In this document: piece after piece, positions 19,501-28,249 of the stretch | How the letters are laid out: each line of letters begins with the position of its first letter | How positions within the stretch are numbered: position 1 is the stretch's first letter | Assembly (NCBI GenBank): GCA_965248195.1 | Contig: CBDFIQ010000001.1 | Location: forward strand, 1,312,001-1,376,000 | Source: Longimicrobiales bacterium | GTDB taxonomy: Bacteria; Gemmatimonadota; Gemmatimonadetes; Longimicrobiales; Gaopeijiaceae | Reading direction: 5' to 3' | DNA: 64,000 nucleotides | The notes under the pieces: generated by a model | Told to the model about the DNA's origin: nothing | The model's input: the letters and a program-made list of their open reading frames with translations, nothing else | Databases searched by the model: none | Position numbers and translations under genes: made by a program

Positions 19501-22163
19501 GGCAGGCGGAGTACGAGATTAGGGAAGGTCAGGAGGCCGACATCGAGGTGACCGTCTCACCGGCAACGGACCGACGGGTGGAAGTGCCACTGGTCGTGGT
19601 GCCCAAAGGAGGGGCAACGGACGAAGACTATAGCGGGGTGCCGGCGTCGCTAGTGTTCGAGGAAGGCGAAAGTCAGGGGACGATATCCGTAAAGGTGCTG
19701 GCGGATGAAGTGGACGATCCTGGAGAGTCGATTGTGCTGAGCTTTGGAGAGTTACCGGAGGCGGTAAGTGAAGGAGAGATCTCGCAGACAACAGTGAACT
19801 TCACTCAGCGGCGCACGGCGGAGCAGTTCTCACAAACACTGGAGGTTATGCTGGCGGTCTTAGCACGGTCGACGGCCGCGAGCGCACAGTCAGCCATTCA
19901 GGGTCGCTTCGAACGGCATCGTCAGTGGAGTCGGTTGGCGTCGTCCGGTGGGGTGCAGGGGCCGGGGACTAACGCGGCGGCGAGCGCGGACGCGGCCGAG
20001 CCAACGCAGGGATCGCGGCTGCGGAGCTTCTCGCTGGGTTCGTTAGGGAGCGTCGCACGCTCCGGCCTTTCGCACTTGAGCGCCGCTCCTAGCTACGGCA
20101 CGGACCTGAGAGGGAGCGTCTACGGTCAGGATCGACTGTATGGTTCTGGGATCGGCGACGCGCCGCTAGGGCCGGGCTCGACTGACCTCTCAGGGACGAG
20201 GGATCAAGGGTTCAGTCTTGCGGGGACCTCCTTCGAGATGGCTCTGGGCAAGCAGGAGCAGGGGACGAGCACGAGCTGGGTGCCGGTGTTGTGGGGTCAG
20301 GGGGATCTGCAGCACTTCAACGGAGACCTGGATCGGCTCGAAATGAACTATCGCGGCCGCCTCGAGGCCGCTCACGTCGGGCTGGACCTCTATGCCAACG
20401 ACAAGATGCTCGCCGGGCTGTCGTTCATGCGCAGCTGGGGAGACATGGACTACACCGACGATGGTGTAGACGGGGTCTTGGGAAGTGATCTGAACACGTT
20501 TCATCCTTATCTGTATTGGGAGCCGAACGAACGGGTGAGCATGTGGGGCTTCGGAGGCATGGGATGGGGTGAAGTGGATGTCAAAGAGCTGGGCCGGACG
20601 CACGACTTCGATGCCGACTTTCGGATGCTCGCTGGTGGCGTGAGGTCGGTGCTGTGCAGGTGGCCTTGCAATGAGTTGGCCCTGCGAGCGGATGCCTTCA
20701 CGGCGCAACTGAGGACCGATGCCACCGACGACATCGCCAAGGTGAGCGGTAAAGCCTACCGGGGACGGTTGATGCTCGAGTGGGTGCACGACCTGCCGAT
20801 GTCAGCGGGGCGATCACTGGGCCTGCAGCTGGAGGCCGGCGGACGGTTTGATGGGGGCGATGCGGATCGCGGCGCCGGCGTGGAAACGGGTCTTCGTCTG
20901 GGGTACCTGGATGCGAACCATGGACTGGACGTGGCGCTGCACGGCCGGACGCTAGTGGTGCATGAAAGCGACTACCGGGATTGGGGGTTGGGCGTACAGG
21001 CGAGCTGGGACCCGGGCGAGAAGCAGCGCGGGTTCAGGGCGTCGGTGATGTCCACGTGGGGCCGGGACGGAGGAGGCCGGACGACGCTGTGGGACAACGC
21101 CGATGTTGTCATGCGCCCAACGGGGATGGGAGCCATGAGTATGGCCTCCCAGTACCGGATGGAAAGCGAGGTGGCCTACGCCGGCATGAAGGCGCCAGGC
21201 GTACCGGGTCTGCTGACGCCCTATAGCCGGCTGCGATGGGCCGGACCGGGGCGGGAGCTGGCCTTGGGGACCGCTTGGAGCTTGTCCGCCGCCCTGCCCG
21301 CGATGTTGGAGTTCGAAGCCATGAGACGCGAAACCAGAACGGGTCCGGCCGATCTGGGGATGTCGCTGCGCGTGTCGATCCCCTTGGGCGGCATGCGGGA
21401 TGTCATCCCCAGCCGGGGCCACGTTTCCGCCCAGGCGCCCGCTCCGAAATTGATTCCGCGCGAGGTTGCCGAATCTGGCGCCGACGAGCAGCGGGCCAGC
21501 GCCGCGGCTACACAACCACCCGCCGAGCCAGTCAGTGCCCCCCAACAGGATGCGAATCCACCACCCGAACCCGCGACGCCCGAGTCGGCCTCGCCTGCTT
21601 CGCAGCCCGCGCAAGCTTCGGCCCAGCCGCAAGGCGCGGCACCTGCACCAACAACCACTGCACCGGCCAAAGGACACGAGCGCGTCGTCAATGTCCAGCC
21701 GACGCCACAGCCACGTGCAAGAACGACCCCGCAGCCCCGGTCCGCGGCATCCCCGACGCAAACCGGCGAGTTGCAAGCCCAGGTGACATTGCCGCAGCTC
21801 GACCTTCGTCGCCAATCACCGCCTGCCGTGACCCCTCCCGACGCACCGGCCCCCACGGTTTTGCCAAGCGGGGGCATCCTCGTTCAAGTGGGCGCTTTTC
21901 GGAGTGCCGAGAGGGCTGCCCGGTTCACCGACGAGTTACGGCAACAGGGTCATGCCGCGATCACGATCGGCGGCAACGACTATCACCGCATCGTCGTCGG
22001 GCCATTCCCTAGCCGGCGCGACGGTGCCAGCGCCCAATCACAGCTAGAACAACAAGGCTACCAGGGATACCTTCGAGTTGACGTGGGGCACCGGTTGGAG
22101 TCTGCCCGCTCGCTTTCAGCTGCCCCTGCTCGACCTTTTCGTCCAACTCGGGAGTTGCGATGA
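16554..22163 (+). CDS. Large autotransporter-like surface adhesin: Ig-like/Calx-beta repeats, beta-barrel region, Pro-rich linker, C-terminal SPOR domain
   Basis: Signal ending AFA-QQ; putative-Ig motif LPLGLALNGNTGIISGSP; repeats; LWGQGD...HPYLYW barrel; VQVGAFRS...HRIVVGPF SPOR; start codon uncertain. Confidence 0.8.
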   Translation: MSRSRRQVHAIDLSYPPRMSQSTRLRPDAEAGQSHSAAHRDGSLAPNPPAGLVPKDHPTKRSRRGSGGVRVLAAVACLAWLAWPTEAFAQQVTLNVDAVAGDNKINRSEHTNGIAVSGNTGTESGVTVEVTIGGTPLTSVTYAMNAMWSVNVEPSADYITETSVELSVTATKTGFTSATVTRTLPVDLTPPSVSYTAPSNLTVGVLITPIAPTTSDTDIVSYATSGSSLPLGLALNGNTGIISGSPRTANTNTQTVGVLVTDDAGNVDRPQITFPAVEFASGVMVSETELTVPEGGSASYTVRLVTQPTDDVTITVERVTGDEDLTASPGTLTFTNSNWSVQQTVTVSAAEDDDGAAGTAQFGHKVISPGTVYHGVSTPGLKATEDDNDTIGVIVSPTALSVPEGGSATYTVRLGTKPLEGDVTVEATRDQLSDADLTVTSVTDMDADFNSVTLLFTDLNWHTAQTVTVSAAEDDADEVDGVAIFSHRAATGDEDYYDIYIDPVTATEADNEKVVTVVIQTEVSAPVRGVFEVTIIFSEAVMGFERSEIAVTNGSVTDFSGSAPTYKAEITPSKSGEVIVEVGANVVEYGVGNGNIAGAPLVLEADLYPVVSYQEESYTAREGGETVTVTVKLSEGWDEELAIPIRVTRPQPESTEVDDYTVDGLEEWDAQEGTGKLTFSAGETEQTFTIAANDDGDGEDEELELGFGDLPTPVMAGDPVVATVTLEDKGLVLSYQEESYTALEGGEAATVTVKLSFGWDEELAIPIRVTRPQPESTEVDDYTVDGLEEWDAQEGTGKLTFSAGETEQTFTIAANDDEDGEDEELELGFGDLPTPVMAGDPVVATVTLEDKGLVLSYQEESYTALEGGEAATVTVKLSEGWDEELAIPIRVTRPQPESTEVDDYTVDGLEEWDAQEGTGKLTFSAGETEQTFTIAANDDEDGEDEELELGFGDLPTPVMAGDPVVATVTLEDKGLVELTVSFGQAEYEIREGQEADIEVTVSPATDRRVEVPLVVVPKGGATDEDYSGVPASLVFEEGESQGTISVKVLADEVDDPGESIVLSFGELPEAVSEGEISQTTVNFTQRRTAEQFSQTLEVMLAVLARSTAASAQSAIQGRFERHRQWSRLASSGGVQGPGTNAAASADAAEPTQGSRLRSFSLGSLGSVARSGLSHLSAAPSYGTDLRGSVYGQDRLYGSGIGDAPLGPGSTDLSGTRDQGFSLAGTSFEMALGKQEQGTSTSWVPVLWGQGDLQHFNGDLDRLEMNYRGRLEAAHVGLDLYANDKMLAGLSFMRSWGDMDYTDDGVDGVLGSDLNTFHPYLYWEPNERVSMWGFGGMGWGEVDVKELGRTHDFDADFRMLAGGVRSVLCRWPCNELALRADAFTAQLRTDATDDIAKVSGKAYRGRLMLEWVHDLPMSAGRSLGLQLEAGGRFDGGDADRGAGVETGLRLGYLDANHGLDVALHGRTLVVHESDYRDWGLGVQASWDPGEKQRGFRASVMSTWGRDGGGRTTLWDNADVVMRPTGMGAMSMASQYRMESEVAYAGMKAPGVPGLLTPYSRLRWAGPGRELALGTAWSLSAALPAMLEFEAMRRETRTGPADLGMSLRVSIPLGGMRDVIPSRGHVSAQAPAPKLIPREVAESGADEQRASAAATQPPAEPVSAPQQDANPPPEPATPESASPASQPAQASAQPQGAAPAPTTTAPAKGHERVVNVQPTPQPRARTTPQPRSAASPTQTGELQAQVTLPQLDLRRQSPPAVTPPDAPAPTVLPSGGILVQVGAFRSAERAARFTDELRQQGHAAITIGGNDYHRIVVGPFPSRRDGASAQSQLEQQGYQGYLRVDVGHRLESARSLSAAPARPFRPTRELR
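18387..19481 (+). repeat. Three near-identical 366-bp (122-aa) tandem repeats within the adhesin
   Basis: Units start at 18387, 18753 and 19119 (SYQEESYTA...LEDKGLV) and differ at few positions. Confidence 0.95.
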
Positions 22164-22792
22164 TCGTCCACCGTTTTGTAGTGGTGACCGCGATGCTTGG
22201 GGTCAGTTCGTGTTGCCTAATAAACCCGCCGCCCCTGCTTCCGCCGTCCGGTCCAGCCATAGACTCGCTGCCGGCTGAGCAGGATTCCGTCCGTCAGGCC
22301 GAAGAGGCCGCACGTGCGGAGGCTGCGCGCCTAGCCGCCGAACGTGCCGCCGAGGCGGAGCGCCAGCGTGCCATCGCCGCCGAACGTGCCGCCGACGCGG
22401 AGCGGCAGCGTGCCATCGCCGCCGCCCGTGCCACCCTCGAAGAGATAGTCTTCTTCGACTACGACATGTCGGCGGTCCGCAATGACGCGGCAGCCGTGCT
22501 CCGCGAGAAGGTGAACATCCTCCGTGCGAGCCCACAGGTGCGCCTCCGCATTGAAGGGTACTGCGACGAGCGGGGGTCCTCCGCGTACAACCTCGCCCTG
22601 GGCAACCGTAGGGCCGAGGCGATACTTCAGTTCTTCACAGGCTTCGGGCTGTCCGAGAGCCGCTTCGACATCGAGTCTTTCGGCGAGGGCCGACCTCTGG
22701 TGCAGGGCTCGAACGAGGGTGCCTGGGCGAGGAACCGGCGCGTCGAGTTCGTGATCACGGCAGGTGCGGACGCCATCAATCCGCCCGAGTGA
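22160..22792 (+). CDS. Pal-like OmpA-family peptidoglycan-associated lipoprotein
   Basis: VFFDYD, IEGYCDERGSSAYNLALGNRRA, SFGE, WARNRRVEF; ATGA overlap with the adhesin; internal 14-aa duplication AAERAA(E/D)AERQRAI. Confidence 0.85.
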   Translation: MIVHRFVVVTAMLGVSSCCLINPPPLLPPSGPAIDSLPAEQDSVRQAEEAARAEAARLAAERAAEAERQRAIAAERAADAERQRAIAAARATLEEIVFFDYDMSAVRNDAAAVLREKVNILRASPQVRLRIEGYCDERGSSAYNLALGNRRAEAILQFFTGFGLSESRFDIESFGEGRPLVQGSNEGAWARNRRVEFVITAGADAINPPE

Positions 22793-23124
22793 CGGAGTGA
22801 CCTCTACGTGGCCCTTCCTCCGGTACGCGGGGGGAACCGCCGAGCGCTGGGCCACGCGCCGTGGCCGAACCCCTAACTATAGCTAGCTAGCTGCTAGGCA
22901 GTGCGCCTTGGCATATGGGAATCCCCGCCCCAGCGCGACGGTTCGCACATAGACGTATCATGGACTGGCCTTTCCATCGTGTGAACCTGGAGATTGACAG
23001 GAGATGCTCTGAGGGAGCCAGGAGGTCATCAGAAGATCCGAGGTGTTTGCATGACACTTCAATGGCTGCTGAATGATCGACCTGGCGGGAAGTCGGCAAG
23101 AATCGCGGCTGAGGGGAAACGACG

Positions 23125-23559
23125 ATGACGAACGAAGCACGACAAGGCGGGGCGATGATCATTCCGGGTCTGCGCTACACGGATGCGCCGGCCGCGGTGG
23201 AATGGCTGTGCGCGGCATTCGGCTTCGAGAAGCACCTGGTGGTGGGGGGTGCCGAGGGCAAGATCGCGCATGCCCAACTCACCTATCGCAACAGCATGAT
23301 CATGCTCAGCTCGGGTGGTGAGAGGTCCTATGACGGCCTGTTCGTCCAGCCCGCCGAGGTCGGTGCGGTAACTCAGGCAACCTATGTGATCGTTGACGAT
23401 GTCGACGACCATTGTACGCGGGCACGCGATGCTGGTGCCGAGATCGTGATGGAGCCGACCGATCAGGACTATGGCGGTCGGCTCTACACGTGCCGCGATC
23501 CCGAGCAGCACGTGTGGAACTTCGGCTCGTTCAACCCATGGACCGACCCAGGCCACTAA
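23125..23559 (+). CDS. VOC family (glyoxalase/bleomycin resistance) protein
   Basis: LRYTDAPAAVEWLCAAFGF, HAQL, DQDYGGR, RDPEQHVWNFG. Confidence 0.85.
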   Translation: MTNEARQGGAMIIPGLRYTDAPAAVEWLCAAFGFEKHLVVGGAEGKIAHAQLTYRNSMIMLSSGGERSYDGLFVQPAEVGAVTQATYVIVDDVDDHCTRARDAGAEIVMEPTDQDYGGRLYTCRDPEQHVWNFGSFNPWTDPGH

Positions 23560-23692
23560 TATCGACGTCCGGCACAAACTGGCGTCTCCGCCTCCCGCTG
23601 GCAGACAGGGGCGGTTGTGGATGCGCCCTTCGTAGACTGATGTTCCTGTCGTTGGCCGGCCCGCAGCTACATTCCTTTAAGGAGGTAATCCG

Positions 23693-23935
23693 ATGACCAT
23701 GGAAACGGTGAGCGCTTTTCTAGGGTGGTGCACGATCATTAATCTAGGGATTCTTATCTGGTGGCTTCTGTTCGTTACCCTGGCGCACAACTTTACCTAT
23801 CGCTATCACCGAAAGCTCATCAACATCTCGATGGAGACGTTTGATGCGATCCATTACGGCGGCATGGCAGTCTTTAAGTTTGGAGTGCTGTTGTTCAATC
23901 TGGTGCCGTATCTGGCCTTGAAGATCGTCGGCTGA
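23693..23935 (+). CDS. Small two-TM membrane protein (DUF6868-like)
   Basis: AAGGAGG RBS; FLGWCTIINLGILIWW...FDAIHYGGMA.FK...FNLVPYLAL. Confidence 0.7.
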   Translation: MTMETVSAFLGWCTIINLGILIWWLLFVTLAHNFTYRYHRKLINISMETFDAIHYGGMAVFKFGVLLFNLVPYLALKIVG

Positions 23936-24119
23936 GGCGGATGTGATGATGTAGGAGCGGGGGTACGACGATCCGGACATTCTGACCCCCAGGTCGGGCT
24001 GGGGCTCTTTTGCCCGGGGACGGAATTGGCGTTGTGAATCGCACAACTGGGCATGCAAATTATGCAGGCCAAGCCCCGAGAACTTCGGTACACTCAGACA
24101 GCTTAGGAGAGAGGGCAGA

Positions 24120-24959
24120 GTGAAACAGATATTCTTGCTAGCGGTGGTTTTCTTTGTTTCTTCCGATCATGTGTGGGCCTAGGACGGATGGTACATAGGG
24201 ACGGACTTGGAAATCACGATAGTTCCAGGCATGAATGTGAACGGCACCGATAATGATTGGAGTACAAAATGCGACCTAATCACCAATCCGACTCAGGCGG
24301 AAATCGGTGATGGCTGCACATCCGCGCCGCCTCCAACTTCGTGGTCGAATGAAGTGGACGGAGGCCGTGGGATACTGGCAGCACTCGCCGTCGGATATCG
24401 CCGAGGACATCTGAGGGTCGAGGGAGAGTATTTCTATCGAACCACGAGCTATGATGATTACTCCCCGACGCGTATTGGCGACGAGGAGACACTGACCAAG
24501 GCCGACCAAGAACTCGAAATCGCAGATGGTGGAGTCGACGACCTGTTAGCGCACAACTTGTTCGGCAATCTGTATTATGACTTCGCTCTCAACTCACGGA
24601 TAACACCCTACGTGGGGGTCGGCGCAGGTGTTGCACGAGTGTCGCTCGATTACTTCAGTCGATGGAAGCGCAATGACGATCCCGGCCAAATCGAGACATT
24701 TCATGACCCTGTCCGGAGGGCCAGTATTGCCGGCACGAGCACCATCGGTATGGCCAAGTTGTCGGACACGTTGCTTGCCTACCAAGCCGTTGCAGGTGTG
24801 GATTATCAAGTCAGCGAACGAATCACTATGGGGTTCAAGGTGCGATGGGTGAACGTCGGCGAATTCGAGGATGGAGCGGAGTGGGATCAACTCCATGGCG
24901 CGACAACGGATGACATTTCGTTTTGGGGGATCAGTTTCAACACGAAGTATCGGTTCTGA
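24120..24959 (+). pseudogene. Paralog of the 15063 OM beta-barrel with an in-frame TAG at 24180-24182
   Basis: GTG-MKQIFLLAVVFFVSSDHVWA*DGWYIG vs paralog VLAQDGWYMG; also about 15 aa shorter near the C-terminus. Confidence 0.8.
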
Positions 24960-25064
24960 CTCAATGCGATCCGGCCTTCGGCTTTCTTGATTTCCTAGGT
25001 CGGCCGTCCCGTCTCGTCCAGTTCCCAATGTCGACTCGGGCACTCGTAAGGCGAGTTGAGGACA

Positions 25065-25534
25065 TGATCGGCCCCCCATTGTGGTACCACCTACTGTGTT
25101 AGTCCAACCGCCTCCTGAAGCCTGGGGAGAGGGCCGCAGAGTGCCGGGAGTTTCAGGAAGGCCGGATCGGGCTGGATCGCTTCCGGAGCCGGGGGCCGGT
25201 AGCCCAGAGAGCTATGAGGACGGATGGTGTTGTACTCGCGCCGCCACTGTTCGATGAGCACCTTCGCCTCCTCCAACGAATAGAAGGTTTCCCGCTTCAG
25301 AAGCTCCTCGCCGAGTGTTGCATTGAAGCTCTCGTTATAGCCATTCTCCCACGGGCTTGCCGGCGTGATGAATAACGTCCGTACCCCCAGTTGCTTCAAC
25401 CACCCTCGAACCACCGTAGCCGTGAACTCCGGGCCATTGTCCGAGCGGATGTGCGCTGGTGGACCGTGCCGGACAAAGAGCTCGGTCAGCGCCTCCAAGA
25501 CATCGTCCGCCTGCAGCCGCCGAGCCACGAGGAT
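25065..25534 (-). mobile_element. IS3-family remnant (transposase 3' part and terminal repeat), cut by IS256
   Basis: HIRSDNGPEF, PWENGYNESFN, YNTIRPHSSLGY; terminus ...GGGGCCGATCA at 25065. Confidence 0.85.
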
Positions 25535-26910
25535 GGTCAAGTCCCGATTTGTGTGTAAAAGCGGAGGAAGCTCCTCGCCTTCGGCTAGGCTGCTTGGGCG
25601 ACCTCCTGTTTCTGGAGGAGTGAGAGGTCGAGGTAACGCCGGTCGCCCCAGACGTGTGTGGTCCTGAGTGCGACGGCCGTGATGAGCCTGAGGGCGCTGG
25701 CCCGGTCCGGGAAGGCGCCGGCGGCCTTGATCCTGCGTTTGATCTCGCCGTGCAGCCGCTCGAGGCTGTTGGTGGTACGCAGCCGGGGCCAGTGCGCCTC
25801 GGGGAACGCGTAGAACTGCGTCGCTGCCCCGAAGCCCCGCTCCAGGACCTCCACGGCCTCGGGCAGCTCCTTCTTCCAGCGTGCGCCGAACTCGCCCAGG
25901 AGCTTCTTCGCCTCGGCGAGTCCGGATGTCTGGAAGATCACCGAGACCTCACGCGCCACGCGCTTGCGTAGGCGGTGGGGGACCCTCGCCCCCACATTAC
26001 GCTGCAGATGGACCGTACACCTCTGACGGCGTGCCTCGGGCAGGAAGCGGCGGACCGCAGCTGCCAGGCCTGCGTGCTCATCGGCGATCACGAGCTCGAC
26101 ACCGCCGAGGCCGCGGTCCTGGAGTTGCTCGAGGAGCTCCGACCAGCTCTGCTGCGACTCCTCAGCGCCCAGCGTGACGGCCAGGAGCCGTCGGTGACCC
26201 TCAGGGCCCACTGCATACGCCACGAGCGCACTCACGTTCTCGACTTTGCGGGCCCAGCGGGCGTCCAAGAACGTGGCGTCCAGGTACAGATAGGGGTGAG
26301 GCCCCTCGATCGGCGCACGGCGCAGCCCTTCCACGGCCTCGTCGAGCCGTTTTGCCACACGACTCACCGTCGAGCGCCCAACACGCTCGCCCATCAGCGC
26401 CTCGGTGACGTCGCCCATCTTGCGCTGTGACACGCCGCTCACATACGCCTCGACCATCATCTCGTCGAGCTCGGGGCTCCTGCGCTGGTAGCGGCCGATC
26501 ACGTCGGCCGGCGAACCGTTGTCCCGGCTCCGGGGCATGGCGACCTCGATCTGCCCCAGGCTCGTCAGCAGCCGCCTCAGGTATGTGCCGTTCCTATGGT
26601 CCTTCCGGCTTCCCACCCGCTCGAAGCGGCGTGCACCTACCATGGCCTTCAGCTCCTCTTCCAGCACCATCTCGAGCGTCAGCCGGATCGCGCCTTGAAA
26701 CAGCTCGCGCAAATCATCGCGTAGCTCGTCTTGCGTGGCCCGACCGATCTCCACAATCTCTTGCATCGGAAGCTCCTCTCCGGTTCCGAGCCTGCTCTGC
26801 AGACCCGGACTCCCGGGTTCATGTGACAGTGAACAACAACAGAGGAGCTTCCGTTTTTCTTTCCCTCCTGTCCAGCTTATCCGCTTTTACACAAATCTAG
26901 GGACACTACC
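25535..26910 (-). mobile_element. IS256-family element with imperfect terminal inverted repeats and no target-site duplication
   Basis: Left GGTCAAGTCCCGATTTGTGTGTAAAAGCGGA vs right (reverse complement) GGTAGTGTCCCTAGATTTGTGTAAAAGCGGA. Confidence 0.88.
25585..26766 (-). CDS. IS256-family (mutator-type) transposase, apparently intact
   Basis: RNGTYLR, GVSQRK, YLYLDA, VIADEH, QRCTVH, RTTNSLER. Confidence 0.93.
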   Translation of the reverse strand: MQEIVEIGRATQDELRDDLRELFQGAIRLTLEMVLEEELKAMVGARRFERVGSRKDHRNGTYLRRLLTSLGQIEVAMPRSRDNGSPADVIGRYQRRSPELDEMMVEAYVSGVSQRKMGDVTEALMGERVGRSTVSRVAKRLDEAVEGLRRAPIEGPHPYLYLDATFLDARWARKVENVSALVAYAVGPEGHRRLLAVTLGAEESQQSWSELLEQLQDRGLGGVELVIADEHAGLAAAVRRFLPEARRQRCTVHLQRNVGARVPHRLRKRVAREVSVIFQTSGLAEAKKLLGEFGARWKKELPEAVEVLERGFGAATQFYAFPEAHWPRLRTTNSLERLHGEIKRRIKAAGAFPDRASALRLITAVALRTTHVWGDRRYLDLSLLQKQEVAQAA

Positions 26911-27075
26911 CTGCAGATCCGACATCAAATAGCGGACACAGCGACTGGAAATGCGGATGTGTGGAGGTCCGTTTCCGTTGAACCGTCGCATCTCCAGGAA
27001 GCGAGGGGTGAGACCGAGGTATGCCGCCGCCTCTTGGGCTGTTAGCAGGCGGTCGTTTTCATTGCCATGCTTCAT
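26911..27075 (-). pseudogene. Excisionase/AlpA-like HTH protein truncated at its C-terminus by IS256
   Basis: LLTAQEAAAYLGLTPRFLEMRR..G.GPP...VRY..SDLQ, after which the frame enters the IS256 end. Confidence 0.75.
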
Positions 27076-27256
27076 CAACTCACTCCATCCTTGCGCGGTG
27101 AATCCCTAACGATGCATGGATGGTGCGAGGACTCCCGTTACGACTCAAGCGATGGGAGCTGAAATCGGCTGGTTACGGCCCTAAGTACCTAATAGAGTGC
27201 CCTTGGTGCGGCGGAAACGCCGAGACCGCCTATCGGCAGAGTGTCGTTTGGTGGTG

Positions 27257-28249
27257 CTAGAACGAGCCCTCAGTGAGGGGTCCCAGCAGGATGGCGGGGA
27301 TCTTCGCCGGGCGTCGAGGGGCGTCACGGAGCTGGAGTGGCAGGAGGTTGGAAATCCTTCCGACGGCCTTGGCAACTGCCTTCGCCGACGGTTCTCGACC
27401 GCCCGGGTTCCCTTGCCTCTGCAGGAAGGAAATTCGGTCAAAGCTCCTTCTACTCGGTGGATCGCCGGTTGGGAACTGATGCTGCACGGTCCAGAGGTAG
27501 GGGTCGCCCGCACGGTGCCTTATGTCAGGCATCGGCTCGAACCCCTCGGCGCTCACCCACTCCTCTACCGTGTGACGGTATTCCTCAAGTTGGGAATCGA
27601 CGCGATTACGGATCGCCTTCGGTAGCTTATCGCCGCCCAATTTCCGCCTGGCGAGACGTCGTGCCTTCTTAGCATACAAACCCCATGCCAGCCGCACGTT
27701 GAGTCCGTGCATCAGCACGCTTGTGCCCGGCTTCAGGACCATTTCCCAGTCCGGCGCGGCTAGGCCGTCGTCAAGCGGATGATCGAGGGAAAACTCATTG
27801 GGGAGGACTGTGGGCTCCAAGATGGATGCAGTGTATTTATCTCCCTCTTCCTCTATCTCCGCTTCTTCCCAAACAACCAATGCCATTCCGCCGACGTACA
27901 GGAGAACCGACTCGAGCGCAGCGCGCCAAAGCCAGTGGTCGTAGAGGCGATACTTTTGACACCACTCCCGAAACGCACCCGCAAGCCCCCTCGCCGCCCC
28001 CGACCCGTGGTCCAGTCTATAGAGGAAAGCGGTGATATTCGAGCCGATAAACTCCTTGAGGGCGCGTGCGTCGTCATGCGTCCCGAGTTCGGCAGCGAAG
28101 TCGCGTGCTGGGGGCACGACCGATTCCTCAAGATCCTTCCGAAGTTGTGGGACGTTTTCCTCGACAAGTCTCGCGAAGTGCATCCGTGCGTGGATCTGAA
28201 GACTCTCGGTGTCCGGGTGATACCACGAAGAGGCGCGGCGGGGCGACAC
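27257..28249 (-). CDS. Hypothetical protein between integrase and excisionase
   Basis: 330-aa ORF whose GTG directly abuts the integrase stop codon. Confidence 0.6.
   Translation of the reverse strand: MSPRRASSWYHPDTESLQIHARMHFARLVEENVPQLRKDLEESVVPPARDFAAELGTHDDARALKEFIGSNITAFLYRLDHGSGAARGLAGAFREWCQKYRLYDHWLWRAALESVLLYVGGMALVVWEEAEIEEEGDKYTASILEPTVLPNEFSLDHPLDDGLAAPDWEMVLKPGTSVLMHGLNVRLAWGLYAKKARRLARRKLGGDKLPKAIRNRVDSQLEEYRHTVEEWVSAEGFEPMPDIRHRAGDPYLWTVQHQFPTGDPPSRRSFDRISFLQRQGNPGGREPSAKAVAKAVGRISNLLPLQLRDAPRRPAKIPAILLGPLTEGSF

Noticed and set aside
24180..24182. Pyrrolysine or recoded amber codon
   Set aside because: No pyl genes, TAG ends many other ORFs here, and the paralog has CAG, so a C>T mutation is simpler
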